Under the pieces are notes generated by a model. It worked only from the letters and a program-made list of their open reading frames with translations, was not told where the DNA came from and did no database searches. Shown one piece after another: positions 8,796 through 17,869 of a stretch of 64,000 nt of DNA (positions are counted from its first letter, which is position 1; the number at the start of each line of letters is the position of its first letter). The DNA is from Patescibacteria group bacterium (GTDB taxonomy: Bacteria; Patescibacteriota; UBA1384; 2-12-FULL-50-11). Made by a program: the position numbers and the translations under genes. The stretch lies in the NCBI GenBank assembly GCA_038058635.1, contig JBBUAP010000001.1, positions 384,771-448,770 on the forward strand, given 5' to 3'.

Positions 8796-10175
8796 CTACT
8801 TCAAGACAAAGGCGCTACCGATGGTAAAAACAATGTCTTCGGTTGAGGTGGCTGGCTTGTTGACAGTTGGCTTCAAACCAAAACGACGCTTGAGTAATGC
8901 TAGGGTGTAGGGCTTGTCGGTCGAGTAGGTGATGGTCGAAGTTTTCTGAATCGCGGTCACCAGTTCAACGCGACTAACGGTATAGCCAAGTGTAGCCAGT
9001 TTTTTCTTTAAAGCGTTACCAGCGTCTTTTTTGCCGGAAGCATCAACGATTTTAATTTTGGCAGCCTCTTTAATTAGATACGGCTCGGGCAGAGCTGTCA
9101 TGGCAAAATCCCTTACTTCAGTCCAGTCATTTTGGCCGAGCTTGGGAATCAAGATATATTGACCGATGTTATTGGTGCTGGAGACCAACGGTCCGGTCGG
9201 ACCATTATCGAGAATGGCCGTTGTCGTATCGGCGCTGTTAATATCTGTCATCAACTTGGTCAAGCTAGCGATTTCGTTGCTCTGAAGATCGGTCTTGAAG
9301 TTGCGACCGATGGTGGCCAACAGGTCGGTGACCTTTTTGGGGTTAGCTAAAAAATTGAGCTGAAAAGCTTTGTCGCGAATAGCGCCGATGACTTGCTGTT
9401 GTCGGCGGGATCGATCAAAATCGCTGGTCGTCTGGCGACTTCGGGCGTATTTCAAAGCAGTAGAGCCATCAAGTTTCTGAAGCCCAGGCTTAATGCTAAA
9501 GGGATCGAAACCAGAGCCGTTACTACTAGGGTATTTTGGGTCGTAAATAGCTTTGTCGACATAGATTTGGATGCCACCGAGATTGTCGACAATTTTTTTG
9601 ACGCCGTTAAAATCAACCTTAGCAAAATAGCTGATTTGGATGCCGAGCGTTTCGGAAATGGTTTTTTTCATCAGCGCCCCACCGGCATCAACCTTGGGGT
9701 CACAGGTATTTTTGGCCTTTGCACAAGCGCTAATACCGGAATTGTAGACTTCATTGATTTTAGTCGAACGGTTTTCGGCCGAGTTGAAAACGTAAAGATC
9801 GCGCGGTACGGACAACATCGCCATTTTTTTGTTGATCGGGTCGATAGAGATAATTGAAATGGAGTCGGTTAGACCAGCCGCAGCGTCGATGCCCAGCGTC
9901 AGGATGTTGATCCGACTGTCACCTTCACCGAGGAGCTGGTCAGGCGAAATGTCGCCGTTAAAGCGGAAGAACGACGATCGGTCGTCGGCGTTTTTGGCGG
10001 AGATATTCTTGAAAGCAATCATGCCAGAAACGGCAACCCAGCCGACTGAACCAATGATTAAGATGACTAAGCCGAACAAGAAAAACCGCAAACTTTTTCG
10101 TTGCTTGTTGCCGCTGGGGTCGATATTACGAATTGGTGGGGTAGGGCGAAATTGGGGATTTGGTCGGAGGAGCAT
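8796..10175 (-). CDS. LytR-CpsA-Psr (LCP) family cell-wall glycopolymer transferase
   Basis: N-terminal TM helix and the LCP core (INILTLGIDAAAG..DSISIISID..MLSVPRDLYV). Confidence 0.8.
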   Translation of the reverse strand: MLLRPNPQFRPTPPIRNIDPSGNKQRKSLRFFLFGLVILIIGSVGWVAVSGMIAFKNISAKNADDRSSFFRFNGDISPDQLLGEGDSRINILTLGIDAAAGLTDSISIISIDPINKKMAMLSVPRDLYVFNSAENRSTKINEVYNSGISACAKAKNTCDPKVDAGGALMKKTISETLGIQISYFAKVDFNGVKKIVDNLGGIQIYVDKAIYDPKYPSSNGSGFDPFSIKPGLQKLDGSTALKYARSRQTTSDFDRSRRQQQVIGAIRDKAFQLNFLANPKKVTDLLATIGRNFKTDLQSNEIASLTKLMTDINSADTTTAILDNGPTGPLVSSTNNIGQYILIPKLGQNDWTEVRDFAMTALPEPYLIKEAAKIKIVDASGKKDAGNALKKKLATLGYTVSRVELVTAIQKTSTITYSTDKPYTLALLKRRFGLKPTVNKPATSTEDIVFTIGSAFVLK

Positions 10176-10217
10176 TACTTTTCACTTTAGCACATCGAGG
10201 ATTCTTGACCTAGGGTC

Positions 10218-10598
10218 TTAGTATCGGGCGGTTGCTTGGACGACGGGTTTTGGGGGAGAGTTTTTAAGAAATTCTAGGGCATTCTCGAGCGAATCGCCCT
10301 CGAGTTCGATAATCGGTTTGTCGAGTAGCCACCCCAGTGTATTGGCGGCGGCGACGCCCATTCTGGTGCCGGTGTACGAGCCGGGTCCAGTCAGGACGGC
10401 GACGGCATCGATATCTTCGATTTTAGTTTTGGCAGATTTTAAGAGCTTGTCAGTCAATTGTTGCAGATCTTGGGCCCGGACGGGGGCGACTAACTTTTTG
10501 ACCTTCCCTTCATCAACCAACGCGACGCTAGTTTGGTCGCGGTTAGTGGTATCAAATACCAATATTCTTCGAGAAGAGAAAGATTCTTGTTTGGTCAT
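10218..10598 (-). CDS. tsaB: tRNA threonylcarbamoyladenosine biosynthesis protein TsaB (short form)
   Basis: ILVFDTTNRDQTSVALV..GPGSYTGTRMGVAAANTLGW is typical of YeaZ/TsaB. Start assigned to MTKQES at 10598. Confidence 0.7.
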   Translation of the reverse strand: MTKQESFSSRRILVFDTTNRDQTSVALVDEGKVKKLVAPVRAQDLQQLTDKLLKSAKTKIEDIDAVAVLTGPGSYTGTRMGVAAANTLGWLLDKPIIELEGDSLENALEFLKNSPPKPVVQATARY

Positions 10599-10977
10599 CG
10601 ATGATTTCCAGTTTGATAGTCTTAATATTTTTTGGCAAATGTTCCAAACCAATTTCCGGCCATTCAATGATCGTTAGCGCCGATTGGTCGTCGAGATAGT
10701 CCTGCCAGCCGAAGGTTGTTAGCTCGGACGGTTTGAGACGGTAAAAATCGAGATGGACAACTTCTTTAAAGTCGCTGTAATTGACCGGGTAATGCTTTTC
10801 CAAGACGAAAGTTGGGCTGGTGACTCGCCCCTCAAAACCCATTTCTCGTAAAATATGTTGCGTCAAAGTCGTTTTACCGCTGGCCAACGGCCCTGACAAC
10901 GCCAAAACATCCCCGGGCTGGAGCGAGCCGAGAACTTCTTGGGCGATTGATGGGAGATCAGAGAGTGTAACCAACAT
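10552..10977 (-). CDS. tsaE: tRNA threonylcarbamoyladenosine biosynthesis ATPase TsaE
   Basis: Walker A GPLASGKTTL, SPTF motif and HLDFYRL, typical of YjeE/TsaE. The start at MLVTLS (10977) abuts the 3' end of tRNA-Gln. Confidence 0.75.
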   Translation of the reverse strand: MLVTLSDLPSIAQEVLGSLQPGDVLALSGPLASGKTTLTQHILREMGFEGRVTSPTFVLEKHYPVNYSDFKEVVHLDFYRLKPSELTTFGWQDYLDDQSALTIIEWPEIGLEHLPKNIKTIKLEIIDDQTRIFLFSKNIGI

Positions 10978-10979
10978 TG

Positions 10980-11050
10980 TTCCCGGGCTAGGATTCGAAC
11001 CCAGATACACGGCACCAAAAGCCGTAGTCCTACCATTAGACGACCCGGGA
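10980..11050 (-). tRNA. tRNA-Gln (anticodon TTG)
   Basis: The reverse complement folds as TCCCGGG-TC-GTCT-AATGGTA-GGAC-T-ACGGC-TT-TTG-GT-GCCGT-GTAT-CTGGG-TTCGAAT-CCTAG-CCCGGGA-A. Confidence 0.8.
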
Positions 11051-11118
11051 ATGTATGAGTATTTTACCAGCTTATCTTTCCGTTGTCAGGACAAAAATGA
11101 GGAGCTAGGCCTTTCGGC

Positions 11119-11481
11119 TTAGCTCCCAATGGGGAATTGGCTGAATCTGGCAAGGCGCTGCCCAGATTTGTTAGTGACGGTTTCAGTAAAGTCCTCTGGG
11201 GTTTGAGCCCAGTAGGTGGCCTCACATGAAGGGTGGTAGACAACGCACCAGCCCGTCCACTCCTTTGTAAACGCGTACGCCATACCAACGACCACGTAGA
11301 ACTTCTCGTTGTTGTAGTGTTGGTAGGTTCCTGGCTTCACTACGATATCGCTGAGTGGGAGAGGGCAGTCTTGAACATCGCCATCGCGCTCTACGATAAA
11401 GTAATTCTCCTCCGAAAGAAGTAGGAGAAATCTCGATCCGGTTGGCTTATAGCGCACCGATGAAAACCATTTAAGTTGCAT
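11119..11481 (-). CDS. DUF1653-like domain protein
   Basis: YQHYNNEKFYVVVGMAYAFTKEWTGWCVVYHP resembles the YRHYKG...VVY pattern of DUF1653. Confidence 0.45.
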   Translation of the reverse strand: MQLKWFSSVRYKPTGSRFLLLLSEENYFIVERDGDVQDCPLPLSDIVVKPGTYQHYNNEKFYVVVGMAYAFTKEWTGWCVVYHPSCEATYWAQTPEDFTETVTNKSGQRLARFSQFPIGS

Positions 11482-11643
11482 TGAATTCCTCCGTTGTTAG
11501 ATTCTAGCATTTATCACCCTACCCGTTAAGACATTAGGGATGTTTTACCAAAAGAATCCCCTGCGGGATTTATTGATAGTTCGACCCTTCGAAGGACTCA
11601 GGGTCGCTCTGAGTGGGGTCGAAGAGCGCCTACGCTCACTACG

Positions 11644-12385
11644 AAAAGAGCCCTCCTTTCGGAGGGCCTTTTCGGAAGTCTGTAAGCCGGGTTCTGTTTT
11701 AAACGATCATCTGTCTAAGCGTTGAGACCAATATTCAATTGCGAGACCGCAATGGAGCTCGTTGTTCCTTTTGGGAACTTCAAACTTAGATTAAATATCG
11801 GCCCACTCAACTTGCACCACGCTGGGTTTAGCTACTCGCCTTATTACTAAGGACGATTGTGCGCTCTTACCGCACTCTTTTCACCTTTGCCTGTTCCGAT
11901 TCAGTTAGGAAGGGGTGTCACACCTGAGCGCGACACCCATGGTCTATGGACTGCGGGATACTCCGCAGTCGAAGTGGCCGTACTCAGTACGGGCCACTAT
12001 AGAGAGACGATGATTGGTCTTCGACCAGAAGCAGATTCGCCCAATACACGGAGTTTGGACATTTCGATTTTCGCTTCCGACTCTTCTCCTAGTGTCCAAC
12101 CCCTTTCAACGTCCCTGGTAATGATGGTGACGATTTCGGATGCCTGGATTTCGTCGGTCGCTTCAAATCCAAACCGTGCGACGACTCCTCCACGCAGCCT
12201 CATGAAAAGCTCATAATTCATACCCATCTTCTTTCCTCCTAACTGAACCGGACATTGGCTGTTTTGTTTCTGTGCCACTTTCCCTTAGATTGCTCTAGCC
12301 TGCCGTTAGCAGGAGCGCGTCTCTATGGTGCCCGGACTTTCCTCACATGTTAATGCGCGATCGTTTCGACTTCGGGGAAAATATA
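11644..12385 (-). ncRNA. rnpB: RNase P RNA (bacterial type A-like) with a large insertion in P9
   Basis: On the minus strand: the P4 5' strand GAGGAAAGUCCGGGCACCAUAG (plus 12313-12334), a P5-P8 region paralleling E. coli M1 RNA (GGGAAAGUGGCACAGAAACAAAACAGCC), the P10-P12 signature AGGUGAAAAGAGUGCGGUAAGAGCGCACA (plus 11848-11876), the P4 3' strand ACAGAACCCGGCUUACA (plus 11677-11693), then hairpin GGCCCUCCGAAAGGAGGGCUC + UUUUCG terminator. Length is about 740 nt against 350-450 nt typical, because of the insertion described in findings. Confidence 0.65.
11997..12227 (-). CDS. hypothetical 76-aa protein encoded inside the rnpB P9 insertion
   Basis: AGGAGG (plus 12235-12240) lies 7 nt upstream of the ATG at 12227. 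The ORF reads MGMNYELFMRLRGGVVARFGFEATDEIQASEIVTIITRDVERGWTLGEESEAKIEMSKLRVLGESASGRRPIIVSL, is co-oriented with rnpB, and is followed by three strong hairpins. No family recognised. Confidence 0.3.
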   Translation of the reverse strand: MGMNYELFMRLRGGVVARFGFEATDEIQASEIVTIITRDVERGWTLGEESEAKIEMSKLRVLGESASGRRPIIVSL

Positions 12386-12404
12386 ACAAAAATAAGGTAA
12401 AAAG

Positions 12405-13052
12405 TCAATGCAAAAAGCTCTGGCGGTGGAGGGGGCAGGGGCCGATAGCGTCGAGGGCTTTTTTGTGCGCGAGAGTGCCGTATCCGGCGTTTTGCCGCCA
12501 GCAGTATTCGGGGTGAGCTTGGTGATAAACGCTCATTAATCGATCCCGGTAAACCTTGGCAACAATTGAGGCGGCGGCAACGGGATAAAACAGCGAATCG
12601 CCCCGAATGGCACTAATGAACCGAGGGACACCCGCCGGGTGGACTCGGTCGGTGAGAAGGAGGTCGACGCTAATGTCAGCTAAGGCGCGCTCATACGCCA
12701 GTCTTTGGGCGGCGGCCAAACCGAGCTGGTCGATTTCGTCGTTACTGGCTATACCGAAAGAGATTTGGAGGGCGGAGTAATGAATTTGATGGGCTAGTAA
12801 CTCTCGTTTTTGCGCGGAGAGTAACTTTGAGTCGTTGATGCCGTTAATCGGCTGATAAATCTCCACTGCCGCAACCACCAATGGCCCGGCTAAAGCGCCG
12901 CGGCCAACTTCGTCGATGCCAACAATTGTTTTGTAACCGAGTAACCGAAGGTCTTTAACGAACCTGGGCCTTGGCCTTCGCGACCGGTTTTTTGCCAATA
13001 ATGCTCGGCGAATCGTTTTCTTTGAGGAATCGGCCAGTAATCGATTTGGCAT
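12405..13052 (-). CDS. rnhB: ribonuclease HII
   Basis: IVGIDEVGRGALAGPLVVAAV and the DSK...IVAK motifs of RNase HII. The listed start overlaps the uvrA-paralog 3' end by 98 nt, so the true start may be a downstream non-AUG codon. Confidence 0.8.
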   Translation of the reverse strand: MPNRLLADSSKKTIRRALLAKNRSRRPRPRFVKDLRLLGYKTIVGIDEVGRGALAGPLVVAAVEIYQPINGINDSKLLSAQKRELLAHQIHYSALQISFGIASNDEIDQLGLAAAQRLAYERALADISVDLLLTDRVHPAGVPRFISAIRGDSLFYPVAAASIVAKVYRDRLMSVYHQAHPEYCWRQNAGYGTLAHKKALDAIGPCPLHRQSFLH

Positions 13053-15867
13053 TCTTCATAATATCCTCCGGTGTGCCTTCGGCCACAAGCTCACCGCCTT
13101 GATCGCCGCCATCGGGACCCAAGTCAATCACCCAATCGGCACAACGAATAACTTCTAGATTATGTTCGATAATAATAACGGTGTTACCCTTATCGACGAG
13201 CTGATAAAGAACTTTTAGCAAGCGCTGAATGTCCTCAAAATGGAGACCTGTCGTTGGCTCGTCGAGAATATATAAAGTTTTGCCCGTTTCGCGCTTGGCC
13301 AGTTCGGTCGCCAGCTTAATTCGCTGGGCCTCCCCGCCCGAAAGCGTCGTGGCTGGTTGACCGAGCCGCATATAACCCAAACCAACGGCCTGAAGCACTT
13401 CTAGTTTGTCGGTTACCTCGATACTACCTTTGAAAAATTCCAGGGCTTCGTCAACTGTCATTTGTAGAATATCGCTAATGTCTTTGTCGAGATATTTTAT
13501 CTCGAGCGTTTCGGGGTTGAAGCGCTTGCCGCGGCATTCGACACAAGGCACATAGACGTCGGGCAAAAAGTTCATCTCGATTTTCATCTGACCGTCACCG
13601 CGACAGTTTTCGCACCGACCGCCCCGTAAGTTAAAGCTAAATCTTGACGCTTCGTAGCCACGTTCTGATGCCTCGCGGGTAGCCGCAAACAGCTCTCTAA
13701 TTGGCCCAAGCGTACCAGTATAGGTGGCCGGATTACTGCGAGGGGTTCGGCCGATGGCTGACTGATCGACATTAATAATATTGTCGATTTTATCAAGACC
13801 GGTGATTTGGCCGTGCGGCGCCGCTTCGGCTTGGGTGCCGTGGAAGTGACTTTCAAGAGCCACGGCTAAGGTGTCTTCGATCAGGGTCGATTTACCCGAT
13901 CCAGACACGCCGGTAATACAAACGAGGCGATTGAGAGGGATCTTGACGGTGACGTTCTTCAAATTGTTGCCAGTGGCGCCTTGAATTTCTAGGCAGTCGG
14001 CTTCGTGCTCGTGACGATGGCTCGGTAGTTCAATCTTCTTTGCTCCCGACAAGTAAGCGCCGGTCAAAGACTTTTTGTCGGCTTTAATCTGTTCTGGCGT
14101 GCCGATGGCCATGATCTCACCGCCGAGTTCGCCGGCCCCCGGACCCATATCGATAATATGATCGGCGATTAGCATCGTGTCTTTGTCGTGCTCGACGACG
14201 ATGACGGTATTGCCGCGCTCTTTCAGTTCTTTAATTGTTTGGAGTAATTTCTGATGATCACGAGCGTGCAAACCGATTGATGGCTCGTCGAGAATGTAAA
14301 TGACGCCAGTCAAACCCGAACCCAATTGAGTGGCCAAGCGAACCCGCTGGGCTTCACCGCCGGCCAGCGTCGAAGTCGTTCGGTTCAAGGTGACATAACC
14401 CAAGCCAACTTCGAGCAGGTAACCCAGCCGTTCGGCCACTTCCTTAATGATAGGCGCGGCAATTTTTTTGTGGCCGTTGTCGCCAAAGACGGTTTTCAGT
14501 TCCTCAAAATATTTAGCGGCTTGTTCGATATTTAAACTCGTCACATCGATAATGTTCTTATCTTTAATTTTAATAGATAGCACCTCGACGCGGAGTCGTT
14601 GGCCGTGGCACGATGTACAAACTTTCTCGAGCATATATTTCTCAATTTCGTTGCGTAGGTAATCAGAGTCGGTCTCGCGATATCTTCGTTCTAAGTTTGG
14701 TAGAACGCCCTCAAAAAGTTCTGGGTCACCGTTACCCGCTCCTGGTTCGCCGTTCAAAATTGTGTTGAGGGTGGCTTCCGGTAGTTCGCCAACTGGTGTG
14801 TCTAAACTAAATTGATACTTGCTCGACATGGTGTTGAGCGTTTTTTGATACCAATTCGAATGCGAAGTTGTCCTACTCCACGGGCGAATCGCCCCCTCAG
14901 CGAGGGTTAATCGAGGGTTGGGGATCACTAGATCTTTATCGGCGACCATCTGTAAGCCCAAGCCCTGACAGATCTGGCAAGCGCCTTCAGGATTATTAAA
15001 AGAAAAGAGTCGCGGTTCGATGTCGGGGAACTGCCAGCCGCACTGACTACAGGCGTAACGCTGGGAGTAGAATCGTTCGCGACTGTTGTCGGGAGTGGTG
15101 GCTACCAGCAATCCGCCGCCGAGCTTAAGCGCTCGATCGACTAATTTTAAGAGGTCGACATAGGCGATCGATTCAGACTGTTCGTTCGAGACCGGAAAAT
15201 CAATGTTGCCGACCAATAGCTCGATGGTGTGGCGTTTGTTTTTGTCGACAGCCAAGGCCAGACTCTCGTCGATGTCCATCTCGATATTATCGAATCTGAC
15301 TCTTAAAACCCCGGCTTTTTTGGCCTGCTTCAAGTGATATTTATGCTCACCCTTACGGCCCTGAACAGCGATCGCAAATATCTTAGCCTTAAGAGTTTCA
15401 GCCTCGGTAAATTCCCGCAGAATTAAGCGAGCAATCGACTCGGTGGTTTGGGGTTTGATAGCAATGCCGCACTTGGGGCAAAAAGGTGTCCCAGCGCGGG
15501 AAAAGAGGAGGCGCAGGAAGTCGTAAATTTCGGTAGCGGTGGCAACGGTTGAGCGAGGATTGCGCGAGGCCGTTTTTTGGTCGATGGCGATGGCCGGCGA
15601 CAAACCCTCGATGTAATCGAAATCTGGTCGTTCGATGTCGCTCAAGAATTGACTGACATAAGAAGATAGCGACTCAACATAACGACGTTGGCCTTCGGCA
15701 AAAATCGTGTCAAACGCTAGCGATGACTTTCCCGATCCGGACAAGCCGGTAATAATGGTAATTTTATTTTTCGGTATCGTCACATTGAGGTTTTTGAGGT
15801 TATGCGTTCGCGCCCCAACGATTTGGATATTTTCTAAACTGTCCCTGGTTTGAATTGGTTTTAACAT
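12955..15867 (-). CDS. uvrA: excinuclease ABC subunit A paralog (full-length, second uvrA copy)
   Basis: Two ABC ATPase modules ([27 protein letters not shown] signatures) and zinc modules ([40 protein letters not shown]). Start taken at MLKPIQT (15867). Confidence 0.85.
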   Translation of the reverse strand: MLKPIQTRDSLENIQIVGARTHNLKNLNVTIPKNKITIITGLSGSGKSSLAFDTIFAEGQRRYVESLSSYVSQFLSDIERPDFDYIEGLSPAIAIDQKTASRNPRSTVATATEIYDFLRLLFSRAGTPFCPKCGIAIKPQTTESIARLILREFTEAETLKAKIFAIAVQGRKGEHKYHLKQAKKAGVLRVRFDNIEMDIDESLALAVDKNKRHTIELLVGNIDFPVSNEQSESIAYVDLLKLVDRALKLGGGLLVATTPDNSRERFYSQRYACSQCGWQFPDIEPRLFSFNNPEGACQICQGLGLQMVADKDLVIPNPRLTLAEGAIRPWSRTTSHSNWYQKTLNTMSSKYQFSLDTPVGELPEATLNTILNGEPGAGNGDPELFEGVLPNLERRYRETDSDYLRNEIEKYMLEKVCTSCHGQRLRVEVLSIKIKDKNIIDVTSLNIEQAAKYFEELKTVFGDNGHKKIAAPIIKEVAERLGYLLEVGLGYVTLNRTTSTLAGGEAQRVRLATQLGSGLTGVIYILDEPSIGLHARDHQKLLQTIKELKERGNTVIVVEHDKDTMLIADHIIDMGPGAGELGGEIMAIGTPEQIKADKKSLTGAYLSGAKKIELPSHRHEHEADCLEIQGATGNNLKNVTVKIPLNRLVCITGVSGSGKSTLIEDTLAVALESHFHGTQAEAAPHGQITGLDKIDNIINVDQSAIGRTPRSNPATYTGTLGPIRELFAATREASERGYEASRFSFNLRGGRCENCRGDGQMKIEMNFLPDVYVPCVECRGKRFNPETLEIKYLDKDISDILQMTVDEALEFFKGSIEVTDKLEVLQAVGLGYMRLGQPATTLSGGEAQRIKLATELAKRETGKTLYILDEPTTGLHFEDIQRLLKVLYQLVDKGNTVIIIEHNLEVIRCADWVIDLGPDGGDQGGELVAEGTPEDIMKNAKSITGRFLKENDSPSIIGKKPVAKAKAQVR

Positions 15868-16032
15868 TAGACTGCGTGCTGTCGGCAATTGTACAGCACA
15901 AATGGGCAATAATGCAAGAGTCGAGCCCGCCGTAAGGCGGTGGGATAACGAATAACGCTCGCCTCCGTGCTACGCACGGCTAGACCCTTGCATTTAATTG
16001 TCGTTTCGCTACAACGAGAGAAGCGAAGAAAA

Positions 16033-16098
16033 GTTGTTAGATTTTGTTGCTCGCACGGGAGCGGAGTACCTTAAGTGCTCGCGACAAAATCTAACAAC
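16033..16098. repeat. 24-bp imperfect inverted repeat (GTTGTTAGATTTTGTTGCTCGCAC ... GTGCTCGCGACAAAATCTAACAAC) in divergent uvrA-paralog/bactofilin intergenic region
   Basis: Read directly: the arms sit at 16033-16056 and 16075-16098, separated by an 18-nt loop. Confidence 0.6.
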
Positions 16099-16144
16099 CA
16101 AAAAGAAAGAATGATTATTAAGGAGGTGTAAGTTGAAAGGAGTA

Positions 16145-16561
16145 ATGGAAACAAACGGACCAGGTACAACAGTTGGGGTAAATGTTGCATTGTCAGGCAC
16201 ATTGAAAGATCAGAACGACATTTCGGTTTTTGGCATGGTTGAGGGAGAGGTGGTTTCGGAAAAATCAGTCACGATCGGTCAAACAGCGCAAGTGAAGGGA
16301 CCAGTCAAAGGCGAGTTAGTCACAATCGCCGGTGTGGTTCGTGGCGCTATTACCGCCAGCGAGAAATTGGAATTACTTGAAACCGGCAAGGTTTTTGGCA
16401 GTATTTCAACCAAGAATCTGGTCATTCACTCCGGCGGCATTTTCGTCGGTAAGTCCGACATGCCCACCGACGAGGAGAGCACGGAACAGCCAGAGCCAGA
16501 ATCTGAAATAGAACCAGGCGAGCCAGTAGACGAAGAAACACTGATTCCCGACGAAGAGTAG
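16145..16561 (+). CDS. bactofilin-family cytoskeletal protein with acidic C-terminal tail
   Basis: Repetitive beta-helical bactofilin core (VSEKSVTIGQTAQVKGPVKGELVTIAGVVRGAITASEKLELLETGKVFG). AAGGAGG SD upstream. Alternative TTG start at 16133. Confidence 0.7.
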   Translation: METNGPGTTVGVNVALSGTLKDQNDISVFGMVEGEVVSEKSVTIGQTAQVKGPVKGELVTIAGVVRGAITASEKLELLETGKVFGSISTKNLVIHSGGIFVGKSDMPTDEESTEQPEPESEIEPGEPVDEETLIPDEE

Positions 16562-16582
16562 GGCTCGATGTATTATTACATC

Positions 16583-17293
16583 ATGGAGCCGCCCTCTAGT
16601 CGGGCGGTTCGCCAGACCTACCAAAGATTGCGTGATCTGCTAACAAGTCTCGGCATCGCTGGCGAGATGATGGCGGCGAGTCCGGCACGAACTCCGGAGG
16701 AACTGGCGATGATGGGTCTGGAGAGGGGCTACAGCACGATTGTTGCCGTTGGAGGAGACGCCTTTGTGAACTTCATCGCCCAGACAATTATCGGCCAGGC
16801 GGTTTTGGGAATTATTCCCATCGGCGAGGCCCAGCAATCCGCCGAGCTAATCGGCACTAATAATATGAAAACGGCGGCCGAATTTTTGAAGTTTCGACGC
16901 TTGAGCACTTTCAACACCGTTACGGCCGATCCAGATTCCTTAATTTTTCTTGATGCGGTCATTGAGCCTCCCAAGCTGGCCAAAATCAGTTTTGTTATCG
17001 ACGGCAAACTACGGGGCTACGCTTATTTTAATAAACTGACGGTGACGAGGAATTTAGAGATCAAGATTGAAAGCGAACATTTAGTTGAACCAAAAAAGAT
17101 TCTAGGTTTGTTTTCAACGGGTGGAACCGTCGTAAGGTCACTTAGCCAGTTTCACGGTCGGGTAGTCCGCTTAACTTCCGAACCAGATTTAGCGATTTTA
17201 ATTGACGGTCGACCAGTCGTCCGAACACCGCTTCAGCTTCGCCTCAACCCAAACTCCTTGAAAGTTATCACCAAGCGTGGTAGTATTCTCTAG
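16583..17293 (+). CDS. diacylglycerol-kinase-catalytic-domain lipid kinase (YegS/BmrU-like)
   Basis: DAGK_cat signature STIVAVGGDAFVNFIAQ with a C-terminal beta-sandwich region. Start assigned to MEPPSS. Confidence 0.6.
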   Translation: MEPPSSRAVRQTYQRLRDLLTSLGIAGEMMAASPARTPEELAMMGLERGYSTIVAVGGDAFVNFIAQTIIGQAVLGIIPIGEAQQSAELIGTNNMKTAAEFLKFRRLSTFNTVTADPDSLIFLDAVIEPPKLAKISFVIDGKLRGYAYFNKLTVTRNLEIKIESEHLVEPKKILGLFSTGGTVVRSLSQFHGRVVRLTSEPDLAILIDGRPVVRTPLQLRLNPNSLKVITKRGSIL

Positions 17294-17391
17294 AGCATGG
17301 GATATGTTTTCAGTCCAGTTGAGGATGTACTTTAACCGATCTAACAGTTCGGTCTGTTGGGAACGGAGCTAAAATCGAGCGCAAATTACTC

Positions 17392-17868
17392 ATTAACGAG
17401 CAGATCGTCGCCAGTCAAGTCTACTTGATTATGCCTGACGGTCGGTCGGCCGGAAATGTTTCGATTGATCAGGCCAAGTATTTGGCCAGTCAGTACGAAC
17501 TCGATTTAGTGTTGATTAATGTCAACGCCACTCCACCAATTGCCAAGATTCTTGACTACAACAAATTTCGCTACCAGCAGGAAAAACAAACCCGCGGCGG
17601 CAAGAAAGTTGGTCAGCTCAAAGAGGTGCGCCTAAGCTATCGAATTGACCCACACGACCTGGAAACTAAGGCCAATCGAGCCCGAAAGTTTCTTGAAGAA
17701 GGACATCTGGTGCGGGTCTTTATCAAACTTCGCGGCCGAGAGAATCTGTTTTTGGCCCAAGCCAAAACCGGTTTAGAGAAGTTCTTAGATCTTTGCGGTG
17801 GCCAATGGGAACAGTCCATCACTCAAGTCGATAAACGGATCCAAGCAGTCATTAAGCCCAAAAAATAA
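17392..17868 (+). CDS. infC: translation initiation factor IF-3 (probable non-AUG, ATT start)
   Basis: In frame upstream of the listed TTG start, the sequence encodes ...LINEQIVASQVYLIMPDG, the conserved IF-3 N-terminus. No ATG is available in frame. ATT at 17392 and ATC at 17374 are candidate start codons. Confidence 0.75.
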   Translation: MNEQIVASQVYLIMPDGRSAGNVSIDQAKYLASQYELDLVLINVNATPPIAKILDYNKFRYQQEKQTRGGKKVGQLKEVRLSYRIDPHDLETKANRARKFLEEGHLVRVFIKLRGRENLFLAQAKTGLEKFLDLCGGQWEQSITQVDKRIQAVIKPKK

Positions 17869-17869
17869 A

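Noticed and set aside
11540-11725. 61-aa plus-strand ORF
   Set aside because: It lies across the rnpB 3' end and terminators and is antisense to the ncRNA.
11857-12216. 119-aa plus-strand ORF inside the rnpB insertion
   Set aside because: It is antisense to rnpB and to the SD-preceded 76-aa ORF. It starts with TTG, has no SD, and has a Ser/Pro-rich low-complexity translation.
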